A DNA stretch of 64,000 nucleotides. It comes from an uncultured Candidatus Saccharibacteria bacterium (lineage in GTDB: Bacteria > Patescibacteriota > Minisyncoccia > Phycocordibacterales > UBA2100). The stretch is from the NCBI GenBank assembly GCA_964362305.1, contig CAYIDY010000001.1:1526-65525 (forward strand), in the 5' to 3' direction. The notes beneath the pieces are model-generated. The model did not search any database, was not told the origin of the DNA, and was given only the letters and a program-made list of their open reading frames with translations. Shown here one piece after another: positions 1-9,637 of this stretch. Both the position numbers and the translations under genes were made by a program. Position 1 is the stretch's first letter; each line of letters opens with the position of its first letter.

Positions 1-624
1 GCGGTACTGTCTCGCTATAAACAGAAAGAGAAGAACAATTCCGACACCTGCTTCCCAGAAATATGCGGCAACGAGTGGGTCTACTTCTCGAGAAAGGAGG
101 CTCAAGAAGTAAAAAGAGTGGGCTACGATTACTCCAGCAAGAAGTGCGAGACCGACGCCGCGCATCACGAGGCGCGGGTCAAGATGGTCATGATCGACTC
201 GGGCGAGGATGAGCGAAATGCCAGAAAACATGATGAGGGCGAGAAGAAGCAACTGTGACGGTGACAACAATTCAGAAAAAAACAATGCGCCGAGTGCAAC
301 TGCGGTAACGGTGTGTGCGACCTGTCTGAGCGCCGTGCCGAAACCTATCGGCAAGTAATGCGCCGAGGAAAACGAGCACCACAATCCAAGCGCGCCAATG
401 GTGGAAGCGAGAAAAAGCGTGCCGAGATGTTCGCTAATGCGCAAGATGTCTGCGGCAGGTACCAAAAACAAGATAGGAAGCATCGTAACGCTCAGCGAGA
501 TGTTTCGATAGACGCCGACAGTCAAAGCGTCGTACTTCCTAATATATTTTGCCTGCAATGCCCCCTGCAGTCCGTATGCCAACACCATGAGTGCGGAGAG
601 TGCAAAGAAGGTAAAAGAAAGCAT
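1..624 (-). CDS. DMT/EamA family transporter (3' end outside window)
   Basis: Manual translation from ATG at 624 (MLSFTFFALSALMVLAYGLQGALQAKYIRKYDALTVGVYRN...LGALFFSELLSPSQ) is hydrophobic, has an EamA-like pattern and stays open to position 1. Confidence 0.7.
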   Translation of the reverse strand, partial: MLSFTFFALSALMVLAYGLQGALQAKYIRKYDALTVGVYRNISLSVTMLPILFLVPAADILRISEHLGTLFLASTIGALGLWCSFSSAHYLPIGFGTALRQVAHTVTAVALGALFFSELLSPSQLLLLALIMFSGISLILARVDHDHLDPRLVMRGVGLALLAGVIVAHSFYFLSLLSREVDPLVAAYFWEAGVGIVLLFLFIARQYR

Positions 625-694
625 CGCATATTAAAGCATGTTCACAGCACCCACGAATTCGTGACAGCTGTGGAATATGCGCTATAGTTACGCA

Positions 695-1144
695 ATGCTT
701 GTAACTCAAATCAAATCTGACATGGTCACCGCAATGAAAGCGAAAGACCAGTTGCGCGTGCAATGTTTGCGTATGGCGATGGCCGCGTTTACGAATGAAC
801 TTGTTGCAAAAGGCATGAAGCCAACCGAGGTTTTGGACGACACTGCAACACTCGCGGTCTTAAAGCGACTAGCGAAACAGCGAAAAGAGGCCGCCGAACA
901 GTTTGAGAAAGGTGACCGTGCCGATATGGCCGCGAATGAGCGCGCCGAGCTCGCAATTATCGAGAGCTATCTTCCAAAAATGGTAGGTCGAGACGAAATC
1001 GAAAAAATTGCACGTGCCAAGAAGGAAGAACTTGGTGTAACTGATGCAGCGGGCATCGGCAAACTAACAGGGGCTGTCATGAAAGAGCTCGCTGGCTCGG
1101 CCGACGGAAACGACGTCAAAGAGGTGGTTGCCAGTCTGTTCTAG
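695..1144 (+). CDS. GatB/YqeY domain protein
   Basis: AMKAKD...KQRKEAAEQFEKGDRADMAANERAELAIIESYLP YqeY signature; TATAGT 6 nt before ATG 695. Confidence 0.92.
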   Translation: MLVTQIKSDMVTAMKAKDQLRVQCLRMAMAAFTNELVAKGMKPTEVLDDTATLAVLKRLAKQRKEAAEQFEKGDRADMAANERAELAIIESYLPKMVGRDEIEKIARAKKEELGVTDAAGIGKLTGAVMKELAGSADGNDVKEVVASLF

Positions 1145-1146
1145 CG

Positions 1147-2313
1147 CTACTCAGTTCGCGCAAAGTACTGTGCACCGGCAGCCAGACTTGCGATGATAAT
1201 CAGGGTGACGGTGAGCGCTGCAAGCGGTGTTGTAAAGAACAAGAGCAAAACGACCAAAACACACGCAAAGACTCTTCCAAGACTTGCACCCATTTCCTTG
1301 AGAGCGGTAAATTCGTCAATGTAATGTGCGCTGTCGGCTGCTTGCTCCATGGCAACCGGGTCAATTCCTATGCGACGCGCCGGAACTCCAATGTGATGCA
1401 GGACGTCGCCCAGGACAATCGTAATTGGGGAAAATACGGCGAGTCGCATGACCCATGAAGTGCCTACCAACGCGGATAGAAAACGCGGATTATTGTGAAG
1501 CTCGTTGCGGCGAAGCATCGCTTGCAGACCGCGGCGCAGCAAAAGCACCAAGAGAAGTGTTATCGAAAGAATTAGTCCGAGCGTAAAGTAGGAGCCAAAT
1601 GCAAGAAAGATAGTGAGTGGCCACAATAATAACAATGACGCGCCCTGCACACCTTCGCGCACTGATGTATGAAATGTTTCTCGGTGATGCGCACTAAAAA
1701 GAAAATGTATCGTCTCTGCATAACCCCACGAGAATCGTTCATACGAATCAGGAGCGCGTATAAGCGTTAACGCAGCAACAAATGCCGCAACGGACGACAG
1801 AATCAACATGAGCCAAACACCACCTTCGCGGCTTTCTATAAGAAGCGCAGAAACAGCAGGCATGAGTGCAAGCAGGACCTCGAGGAGAAAACGCACGCGA
1901 GGTGACCAGTTGCCGCGGCTCGCATATCCGACAGCGCTATACGGGACCCAGTAAAATGCTCGGTATAGCCCAATCAAAACTACGAACCCGCCGACGCCCC
2001 ACCATAGATTCAGTGCGCTTCCTGCGAAGATTCCTTGTGAAGCTGCAGCAAGCCACAAAAATGCAGCGGAAAGTGCGAGCGTCGCGCACAACATGGGGCG
2101 CATCGTGCCATGCGGCATATTACCGCTCGAAAGTGGCGTCAAAAAGAAAACAAGGAGTTGAAGAAAGGCATATGCAGCAAGCGTTAAAAAGAGTGCGCCT
2201 GCGAGCGTCTCTCCACTGCCGTAAAACGCATGCAAAATCAGCGTCCACGCGAATATGCCACCTATCGCGAGACTCGCGCGCAGAAAGAAGCGGTGTATAG
2301 AGAGCGTTTGCAT
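1147..2313 (-). CDS. Multi-pass membrane protein, divergent MFS-like
   Basis: About 11-12 hydrophobic segments; EFTALKEMGASLGR resembles an MFS C-terminal region. Confidence 0.55.
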   Translation of the reverse strand: MQTLSIHRFFLRASLAIGGIFAWTLILHAFYGSGETLAGALFLTLAAYAFLQLLVFFLTPLSSGNMPHGTMRPMLCATLALSAAFLWLAAASQGIFAGSALNLWWGVGGFVVLIGLYRAFYWVPYSAVGYASRGNWSPRVRFLLEVLLALMPAVSALLIESREGGVWLMLILSSVAAFVAALTLIRAPDSYERFSWGYAETIHFLFSAHHRETFHTSVREGVQGASLLLLWPLTIFLAFGSYFTLGLILSITLLLVLLLRRGLQAMLRRNELHNNPRFLSALVGTSWVMRLAVFSPITIVLGDVLHHIGVPARRIGIDPVAMEQAADSAHYIDEFTALKEMGASLGRVFACVLVVLLLFFTTPLAALTVTLIIIASLAAGAQYFARTE

Positions 2314-2397
2314 ACGAACTTCTATTTGAATAATCATACTCTTTAAAGATTGTAAAAGTGACCGCAATCTAAAACTAATGTTGATAAGTACAAACGG

Positions 2398-2426
2398 AAA
2401 ACCCCCGGCGTAAAGCCGGGGGTTTT
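2398..2426 (-). terminator. Intrinsic terminator of the RRM gene
   Basis: AAAACCCCCGGC-GTAAA-GCCGGGGGTTTT perfect inverted repeat just after the stop. Confidence 0.85.
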
Positions 2427-2448
2427 GGTGTTCTGAAAGAAACTGATA

Positions 2449-2796
2449 TTACCAGCGACCTCCACCGCCACCATTTCCTCCTCCACGATTGCCACCTCCG
2501 TAGCCACCGCCACCTCCTCCTCCGCGGAAATCGCGGCGAGGGCGGTCCTCCATCGGACGTGCCTCGTTGACAGTGATCGAACGACCACCGAAATCCTTGC
2601 CATTGAACTGGTCAATAGCCTTCTGTGCATCCTCGTCGGCTGCAAATTCAACGAAACCGAAACCTTTCGAACGACCTGTCATCTTATCCATGATGACCAC
2701 TGCCGATGAAACAGCTCCTGCTGCTGAGAAAGCATCCTTGAGTTCTGCGTCTGTGGTGCTGTAAGGCAACCCACCGACATATAGCTTTTTAGCCAT
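2449..2796 (-). CDS. RRM (RNP-1) RNA-binding protein with Gly-rich tail
   Basis: RNP2 KLYVGGL, RNP1 KGFGFVEF, RGG/Gly-rich C-terminus. Confidence 0.95.
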   Translation of the reverse strand: MAKKLYVGGLPYSTTDAELKDAFSAAGAVSSAVVIMDKMTGRSKGFGFVEFAADEDAQKAIDQFNGKDFGGRSITVNEARPMEDRPRRDFRGGGGGGGYGGGNRGGGNGGGGGRW

Positions 2797-2969
2797 GATA
2801 CTCTGTGCGTTTTCTTCTTGATAAACCATATTGCGTCTTCGCTCGGACGAAATGAAAACAAGTTTTCGTTTCGGTCCTCACTAGCCGCAATAAACCATGT
2901 AAATCGCCTCTCCACTTCCCTGGCTTGGCTTATCACCGCACTTGGGCTTGGACACTTACATTCACGGCA

Positions 2970-2997
2970 ACTGTAGCAGGTTGCCGGATGAAATCAA
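2970..2997 (-). promoter_or_regulatory. sigma70-type promoter of the RRM gene
   Basis: Minus strand TTGATT-N16-TACAGT with extended TG; implies a ~165-nt 5' UTR. Confidence 0.55.
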
Positions 2998-3164
2998 TGG
3001 GAGAACTAGTATGTGTGGATTACTGGTGTGGCACCGCCGGTGCTTACGCACAGGCGGTGCCACATTACAAAGTATCGGCGGTGGCCGATTCCTAATCCAG
3101 CAAAAAAGCCTGGTTCAGCCCACTGACAGTGAGTTAAATACGCCTTGTCGGTGGGCTGACTTTT

Positions 3165-3554
3165 TTACCACATTCCAAAGCCCTTCCCTGTCAGATATGC
3201 GCCCATGATAATCGACAGAAGTCCGCCGCTCGTAAACCATGTGGGCGTGCTAAACATTTTCACAAATTTAACCAGTCGCGTGTACGGCATCGTGAGATAG
3301 AAGATAGCCTCCACCATTATCCAGATGCCAATGAGTGTGATGAGGCCTTGCCACGTAGCGGTAAAGATAGGATGCGAAATAACTAAAGCAATACCAGCGA
3401 ACAACTGACAGAGAGCCACTACCATGAGAAATCCTCGACTCCCAAGCATGTCGGTCATTATGTGCATGAACGACTTCTGACGAAACATCACAATGACGCC
3501 AGCAATAAGAAAGTACAAACCGAACAATTGTGCTAAGAAAATCGACAATTCCAT
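3165..3554 (-). CDS. Small four-TM hypothetical membrane protein
   Basis: 129 aa, four hydrophobic segments. Confidence 0.75.
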   Translation of the reverse strand: MELSIFLAQLFGLYFLIAGVIVMFRQKSFMHIMTDMLGSRGFLMVVALCQLFAGIALVISHPIFTATWQGLITLIGIWIMVEAIFYLTMPYTRLVKFVKMFSTPTWFTSGGLLSIIMGAYLTGKGFGMW

Positions 3555-3637
3555 AATATAAGTTTCCCTACAATAATGAAGCTATTGTACCGTGCCGTGC
3601 AGAATATCTAGCAGTCTTCCTATTGTTTCGTGGATAA

Positions 3638-4405
3638 CTAACGGAGGACGCATTCGGCGGTAATCGCACGATGATCTGTTATGTATGGATACATGCGCAC
3701 GTCATGTGTATCGAGGCCGCGAACCAGAAACCAGTCGAGCTTGAGACTAAACAATTCCCAGTCGAATGGATAGACGCGCCAGGTGGCTTGCGAAATATCT
3801 GTCACTTCGCGAAAACCTCTCCTTTCGGCAACTTTGACTATTGCATAGCGTTCGTCGTGGTCAAACGTTTTACCTCCAACATTCATTTTCTGTTCAGGCT
3901 GAAGATGAAAAAGTTGAACCAACTTTCTTCGTAGTCCTTTGCGAGGGATCGTGGTGTTCAAATCCCCGCACACAATGACGGGTCCTTTGTGTGATTCGGC
4001 ATGGTCGCAAATGAAGTCCAATTGCTGTTCTCGAGATGAAGGGCCAGCACCCACGATGCCGAAATGACAGTTGTATACACGCACTACGGTACCGGCAACA
4101 GCGATGTCGGCCCACAAAGCGTTTTCGAGCCAGGTATTAACCAGTTTTGGAAAGACAACATCGCCATGTGCAAGTACCGGAAATCTACTCAAAATAACAT
4201 TCTGATTGTATCCGCGTGAGGGAAACACCTGCTCAAATCCCCAGAGTGCGCGAATTTTGTGCAGCCGGTCACGCGCCTCTTGAGCTTCCTGTAGACAAAG
4301 AATGTCCGTACGAAGACTCTCGAGAGCGGGAACAACCTTCGCAAAATTTGTTTTAGTTATGTGTCTTTTTCCGTGGATGTTCCACGTGAGGACTGAAAAC
4401 TGCAT
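3638..4405 (-). CDS. Endonuclease/exonuclease/phosphatase (EEP) family protein
   Basis: LTWNIH, DILCLQE, YNCHF, VCGDLN, KLDWFL, TDHRAI motifs. Confidence 0.92.
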   Translation of the reverse strand: MQFSVLTWNIHGKRHITKTNFAKVVPALESLRTDILCLQEAQEARDRLHKIRALWGFEQVFPSRGYNQNVILSRFPVLAHGDVVFPKLVNTWLENALWADIAVAGTVVRVYNCHFGIVGAGPSSREQQLDFICDHAESHKGPVIVCGDLNTTIPRKGLRRKLVQLFHLQPEQKMNVGGKTFDHDERYAIVKVAERRGFREVTDISQATWRVYPFDWELFSLKLDWFLVRGLDTHDVRMYPYITDHRAITAECVLR

Positions 4406-4413
4406 ACATTTAG

Positions 4414-4926
4414 TCAAGTATATCCGAGAAGTGACAAGAGGATGAGTGTTGTCCCCACCCCAAGGGCATAGCCCGCGAGAATATCCGATAAGAAGTGTAT
4501 ACCTGCGAGGACACGCGCGATGCAGAGTACCGCTGTAGCAACGAAAATCGAAAGCGCAAATGGTGTATCCAGAAGAATGAGAGCGGTCGCAATAGCGCTA
4601 AAGAAGGCCGCGTGCCCGGAGGGAAAAGAGGGATTAGCACTTACAAACAATGGTTCGATATTGTCGCTCTTAGACGGGCGGGGGCGTTTGTAAACATAAT
4701 AGATTGCCTCGACCAGAATGCGTGACAGCGTCGCCGCCGCGAATGCTGCGAATACTGACGTGATAAACTCAGTTTTCGGCACGCCGATATAGAGAGACAA
4801 AACTCCAAACGCAACGAGTGCATACGCCAACGTGGAAGCAAGCGCGTATGTGATGGCACGGGTCAGACTCGATGATAATGCGAGCTGATTGAGTCGTGTA
4901 TGCAATGTCGCGAACATAGATATCAT
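4414..4926 (-). CDS. PAP2 family phosphatase (undecaprenyl-PP phosphatase-like)
   Basis: KRPRP, SFPSGH, ARVLAGIHFLSD motifs. Confidence 0.9.
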   Translation of the reverse strand: MISMFATLHTRLNQLALSSSLTRAITYALASTLAYALVAFGVLSLYIGVPKTEFITSVFAAFAAATLSRILVEAIYYVYKRPRPSKSDNIEPLFVSANPSFPSGHAAFFSAIATALILLDTPFALSIFVATAVLCIARVLAGIHFLSDILAGYALGVGTTLILLSLLGYT

Positions 4927-5156
4927 CACTTCAAGCGCCAGTATATGCCGAAGTCACGACAATGTATGTAGATGAGATGATTTTGGCGCGCTCTTACAGG
5001 CTATTGTCTGTGGACAGTTTAATAAGTGAGAAGGAAGGTGGTATTCAGCACTGAATTGAGGTGCTCTTACAGATGGATTAACGGCCCATCGGCGGTATTA
5101 CGCCGCCTTTAAACCTGCCTTGCAACCGGCCTATCGAGAAAGTCAGATGCTCCGCA

Positions 5157-8100
5157 TCAACCGGCTAAGAAGCATGCGCCACCTGGGTTGTAATTACACG
5201 TCACGATGAAAGATGCTGGGTCCGAGCATCGAGAGATCTGTGTTCCTTCCTTTCGGCATACTATAACCGTATGCGTTGCACCATTGTCGGGAAATAGTAA
5301 TTGCCATCCGAGCCAACCAGACTTGAAGCTCGATATCCCCGGAGGCAAAATCTCCGCATTCGTCGTGGAGCCATCATAACGCACGACATGTTCATACCCT
5401 GCGCCATCTGAATCGAGGAATTCGAGCGAAGGCGTATTGGTGGGTACGGAGCCCTGACCTTTGATAAGAATTTTGTGTCCACTGATTCCAACGACTGCAT
5501 CGCTCCAATTTGGAACGCCGCTACAATAAAGAGCAAATTCAGACGGCGCCGTAAAGCTCGTTGTCCACGAACCCGTTCCACTCACCGGATTCTGCGGGTA
5601 TACGCTCTGAAATACATTAGGCAGCGCTGTCCAGAGCCGAGTGCGCACCGCGCACGACTTCCCACGCGTATCCCAGGTTGCCGTCGCGCTGCCTCCGGAG
5701 GTGATTACTTTCGGTGATGAAGTGATTATTGCGTGGCTCGCGAGCGGCCCGGCAGGTTTGACGTCAACATAGACTGCCTCCCTGATGCTTCCAGAATTGT
5801 TTGCAAGGCAGTTGAGCTCGTATCTCGTATCAGCTCCCGGCTTATGTGTGTGACTTCCCTGGAGCGGCAGGTTATTTGCTACTAGCATTGTGTCAGTTCC
5901 GCCGCCTGCCCAGAGTTTGCATGATGTCATACCACTCTGTGTTGCATTCCAAGACAGAGTTACTGATTCCACCAATACGGGATAAGCGGCAGTAATCGAC
6001 GATGGCGAAACCGTAAGTTTGAGTTGTGGCGTCGGTGGGTATGTACCGGCTACCGGCGAGACGGTGACAGTCGCCGTTCCTACTGTTTGTAAGACCGTCG
6101 AACAATTAGTGCCCGCGGCGCACGTCGGAGCGAATAGAAGTACTGCATTGTAAGTACCGGCTGAAGAATACGTGTGCGAGCCTGACCAGTCTGTGCCGCA
6201 GCGCCCTACTCCCGAGACGTCCTGGTTGCAGATGAGCGCTTCTTGTCCGTTGCCATATTGCAGATAGTATTTGCCACTCGTTCCGACATTGATTGCCTTT
6301 AGATTGACGAGAAGAGGCGCCTGGCCTTGCGTAGGTGTGGCTTCAAGCCGGGTCATTGCGCCTCCAACGGTAACGGTGCGCGTTTCCGTCGCATACCCGC
6401 CACTGTTCATCTGGCAGCTTGCCACATATGTCGTAGTGACCTGCGGTGCATGGGTGGTCGTGACGATGTTCCCGCCTGCATCAATCGTGAGCGTGGAGAG
6501 TGGCACACCATTTGCGGTAAACGAACATGACGGAATGTGGACATCATTCTTCGTCGTGTCCTTGGACACGCGAAGTGTCACTGTCTGACCGGCAGTGACC
6601 GATGACGGAAGCGCGGTGAAGTTGAATGACGTGTATGGATCCACTCCTCCCGTGACACCCACTGTCGCCGAAGCGGTGAACGCTGTCGATCCAAACGGAC
6701 CAGATCCGGTGCATTGAATGCCATACGTGGTGAAGGATGTAGGAGTATGCGTCATCGTTCCTGGCATTTCTTTGCTACTCGCTATGGTCGTGCCGTTTGC
6801 GGTGATCGAGCATAGGCCAATAGACCAGTTGGCAGTCCAATTGGAAACATTACTTCGTGCCCAAGAGAGCGTGACCATCTGACCTGATGCGACAGAAGAC
6901 GGCGTCGCGGTGAGTTGAATCGTTGGCAGGTTGCCCACAGTCGGCGTCACCGTGACATATCTGGTACCGGTGTACGAGATCAATAAGCCCTCGCCGCATA
7001 CAATCTTGTAGTTTGTCGAACCTGAAGGAGAGTGTGTATACGAGGTTTGAGTGGTGAATGTTCCTCCAATCTGAACTTCATTTGCGTAGAGCTTGCATGA
7101 GGCGGTGCCTGCGGTGAATCGTGGTACAACCCACGAGAGCGTGACCGATTGGCCAGCGGTGATGGATGAAGGTGATGCGGTGAGAGTAATTGTTCCGCCA
7201 CCACTTCCACCCGGACATCCTGCGAATTCACAGCTTGGCGCTACTCTTCCTACATAGCTACCGTTAGGACACTGCTTCGCGTCTTGTGGGCATACGATAC
7301 TCCCTGTCACCGGCCCCACCCCAACATATGTATACGCAGAAGCCGCTTTAGAGTCGACAAGACTTCGGCAGTCCATGCGATAGGTTGTGCTCACAGTCGG
7401 CGTGTGCGTGCGGGTTCCGGGCACTTCGAGCGACGTCGCAATCTGCGAATTGTTTGCATACAGTGTGCAGACGAGGCGTTGGAACGCCGAATTCGTTGAG
7501 CTCCACGAAAGTGTCACCGACTGCCCCGGTGTCACACTGGATGGCGTAGCGGAAAGCGTAAGATTGAAATCACCAGGCGGAAGTTCCGGTTGCGTCCTCA
7601 CATACACAATCTTCACATCCTCTTTTGAAGTGCCATTGCCGAATTTCGTGGTGGCGGTAACCGGAAACACACCAATAGAGGAATAACTGTGCCAGTAGGT
7701 GGTGGTGTTTGCATATTCTGATGCAGAGTTGTCTCCCCAATCCATTTTGTACGTCGCGGTAGTGTCACCTGACGGCGTCAATGTCCACGTGTTGACCTGG
7801 TTCACCACAACGTTGTCAGGACCATTTATTTTTGCCGCATCACTTGGACCCAGTGGCGGTGGAGTATTGCCGCCATTGACGCAGCGCGAGAAGAGGAGCG
7901 AACGAGTGCGCGGACCTACCATACCGTAGCCGGTGGTGTCAGGGCTGCCCGTGCAGCTGATGCCTTCTGCACACTGGAATGCCTTAACGGCTGTTTCAGT
8001 CGCAGCATCAAATGTTCCGTTCACTGCTCCGGTATAGCGTCCAATCTTTGTGAGCATGCGCTGGAGCTTGGATACCTCACCGTTGGTATCAGCATCCGTG

Positions 8101-8774
8101 TGACCGAGGTAGAGAGTACGGGAGAGAGGAGCGCATTGCACTGCTTCGTTGTTGGGGGTGACGGTGACGTATGCGGTAGCAGTCGCGGGGGCACCTTGCG
8201 CGAAAGGACGACAGGAAATCTGATACGTAGTGTTTACCGTGGGGTTGTGCGTGAAAGTGCTTGTCGTAGGTTGATTCTGTGCTATCGAAGTCCCATTGGC
8301 GGTGAGAGAGCATGTGTCGAATTGTGTTCCAGAAGCCCATCGAAGGGTGACGGTGCCACCGGATGCGACCGACGTGGGTGACGCGGTTAGGGTGACGCCA
8401 CCACTTCCCCCCACCTGACAGCGCATCGCAGCACGTGTGCGCGGACCAACAACACCGTAGCCAGTTTCCCTGGGAGTACCACTGCAGGCGATGCCTTTGG
8501 CACATTGATATTTCTTGAGCGCAGCCTCCGTTGCAGGCCCGAAGTATCCGGTGATGCTTCCGTACGTGTAGTCACCAGTCTCCGTCAAGAACTGTTGCAG
8601 CTTCGAGACTTCCCCATTTGTCGTCGCATCACTCGAACCCAATTGGAGCAAGCGCGTGAGGTTCACACACGCATTTGTCTGTGCTTCAGTTGAAATTGGC
8701 GCACTCACAAGAACAAACGCCGAAATAGTGATGCCGGTGATGATAATGGCGAAGCCACGAATCGCTGGTGACAT
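5157..8774 (-). CDS. Large secreted surface protein: two peptidoglycan-binding domains, PKD-like and tandem Ig-like repeats
   Basis: Signal peptide; EVSKLQ...G.F..ATE.A.K..QC...GYG.VGPRTR twice; YKMDWGD PKD-like; repeated LTA.P.S...G..VTL.W...C...AN...H.P...TTY...C. Confidence 0.8.
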   Translation of the reverse strand: MSPAIRGFAIIITGITISAFVLVSAPISTEAQTNACVNLTRLLQLGSSDATTNGEVSKLQQFLTETGDYTYGSITGYFGPATEAALKKYQCAKGIACSGTPRETGYGVVGPRTRAAMRCQVGGSGGVTLTASPTSVASGGTVTLRWASGTQFDTCSLTANGTSIAQNQPTTSTFTHNPTVNTTYQISCRPFAQGAPATATAYVTVTPNNEAVQCAPLSRTLYLGHTDADTNGEVSKLQRMLTKIGRYTGAVNGTFDAATETAVKAFQCAEGISCTGSPDTTGYGMVGPRTRSLLFSRCVNGGNTPPPLGPSDAAKINGPDNVVVNQVNTWTLTPSGDTTATYKMDWGDNSASEYANTTTYWHSYSSIGVFPVTATTKFGNGTSKEDVKIVYVRTQPELPPGDFNLTLSATPSSVTPGQSVTLSWSSTNSAFQRLVCTLYANNSQIATSLEVPGTRTHTPTVSTTYRMDCRSLVDSKAASAYTYVGVGPVTGSIVCPQDAKQCPNGSYVGRVAPSCEFAGCPGGSGGGTITLTASPSSITAGQSVTLSWVVPRFTAGTASCKLYANEVQIGGTFTTQTSYTHSPSGSTNYKIVCGEGLLISYTGTRYVTVTPTVGNLPTIQLTATPSSVASGQMVTLSWARSNVSNWTANWSIGLCSITANGTTIASSKEMPGTMTHTPTSFTTYGIQCTGSGPFGSTAFTASATVGVTGGVDPYTSFNFTALPSSVTAGQTVTLRVSKDTTKNDVHIPSCSFTANGVPLSTLTIDAGGNIVTTTHAPQVTTTYVASCQMNSGGYATETRTVTVGGAMTRLEATPTQGQAPLLVNLKAINVGTSGKYYLQYGNGQEALICNQDVSGVGRCGTDWSGSHTYSSAGTYNAVLLFAPTCAAGTNCSTVLQTVGTATVTVSPVAGTYPPTPQLKLTVSPSSITAAYPVLVESVTLSWNATQSGMTSCKLWAGGGTDTMLVANNLPLQGSHTHKPGADTRYELNCLANNSGSIREAVYVDVKPAGPLASHAIITSSPKVITSGGSATATWDTRGKSCAVRTRLWTALPNVFQSVYPQNPVSGTGSWTTSFTAPSEFALYCSGVPNWSDAVVGISGHKILIKGQGSVPTNTPSLEFLDSDGAGYEHVVRYDGSTTNAEILPPGISSFKSGWLGWQLLFPDNGATHTVIVCRKEGTQISRCSDPASFIVTCNYNPGGACFLAG

Positions 8775-8867
8775 ATGGGAGAGTATTAATGCTATGAATG
8801 GATGGTATCACTGGCAAAAACGCGGTGGGGGTGTTGTCCACATGGTCTTGGCCGTATATCCTGAGTC

Positions 8868-9293
8868 ATGACCAAATACGTACTCGGATTCATTTTTGAC
8901 GCCTCGGCAGAGAGAGTGCTTCTCATTGAAAAGCAACGCCCCGCATGGCAGGCGGGAAAACTCAATGGAATTGGCGGGAAGATTGAACCCCGCGAAAAGC
9001 CGGTAGCGGCGATGCTACGCGAGGCGTATGAAGAGTGTCATCTCTTAAGCAAGGTAAGCGACTGGCTTCCCGCTGCGACTTTACGTCACGCCGAATGGCA
9101 TATTGAAGTATTTACGACCGTGCACACACAGAATCCGCACTTGCTGCGGACCAAAACGGATGAATTCGTGTCGTGGGTCGACATCAAGAAGCTTCCTCCA
9201 AATATTCTACCGAATCTTTCGTGGCTGATTCCCCTTTCGAAAGACATTTTGCAGAATCGAGAGGTTAAGAAAGTTGTGGTGGGGTATAGGTAG
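8868..9293 (+). CDS. NUDIX hydrolase
   Basis: GGKIEPREKPVAAMLREAYEE Nudix box. Confidence 0.88.
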   Translation: MTKYVLGFIFDASAERVLLIEKQRPAWQAGKLNGIGGKIEPREKPVAAMLREAYEECHLLSKVSDWLPAATLRHAEWHIEVFTTVHTQNPHLLRTKTDEFVSWVDIKKLPPNILPNLSWLIPLSKDILQNREVKKVVVGYR

Positions 9294-9335
9294 TGTGTTG
9301 TGGTCACAGATAACTTTTGTCCCGTCGGACGAAAA

Positions 9336-9539
9336 TTTCCGCGACCCCACCTCGCGGTTTTGCGTACTCGCAAAACATCGCTCCGGCTTACACGTGTGGC
9401 CCGCAGATATTTTTTTGCGCCGTCGCGGAAAAATTCCGCAGGCCCCGGCGCACGGTCGTGCCAGCTGGCACGACATCGTTTGCGCCCTCCACATAGCGAA
9501 AAAACCTGCCGCAGGGCAGGTTTGTTTCGTCTATGTGGA
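9336..9539. repeat. Nested inverted-repeat element in the tRNA-Ala 3' trailer
   Basis: TTTCCGCGAC/GTCGCGGAAA (9336-45/9422-31); GTTTTGCG/CGCAAAAC hairpin; perfect 20-bp palindrome 9455-9474; TCCACATAG/CTATGTGGA stem 9488-9539. Confidence 0.7.
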
Positions 9540-9608
9540 CCCTACAGGACTCGAACCTGCCACCCCCTCATTGCAAATGAGGTGCTCTACCAGATGAGCT
9601 AAGGGCCC
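9536..9608 (-). tRNA. tRNA-Ala (anticodon TGC), CCA not encoded
   Basis: GGGCCCT TAGCTCATCTGGTAGAGCA CCTCA TTTGCAA TGAGG GGGTG GCAGG TTCGAGT CCTGT AGGGTCC A: cloverleaf with G3:U70 Ala identity pair. Confidence 0.97.
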
Positions 9609-9637
9609 AATACCTACAGCGACAATCTACCATTTGT

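Noticed and set aside
4930-5156. GCTCTTACAG repeated twice and a 30-codon ORF
   Set aside because: A two-copy 10-mer with no further support could be chance
9294-9608. Prophage or integrative element at tRNA-Ala
   Set aside because: No integrase and no direct repeat of the tRNA 3' end seen; the nearby copy is inverted
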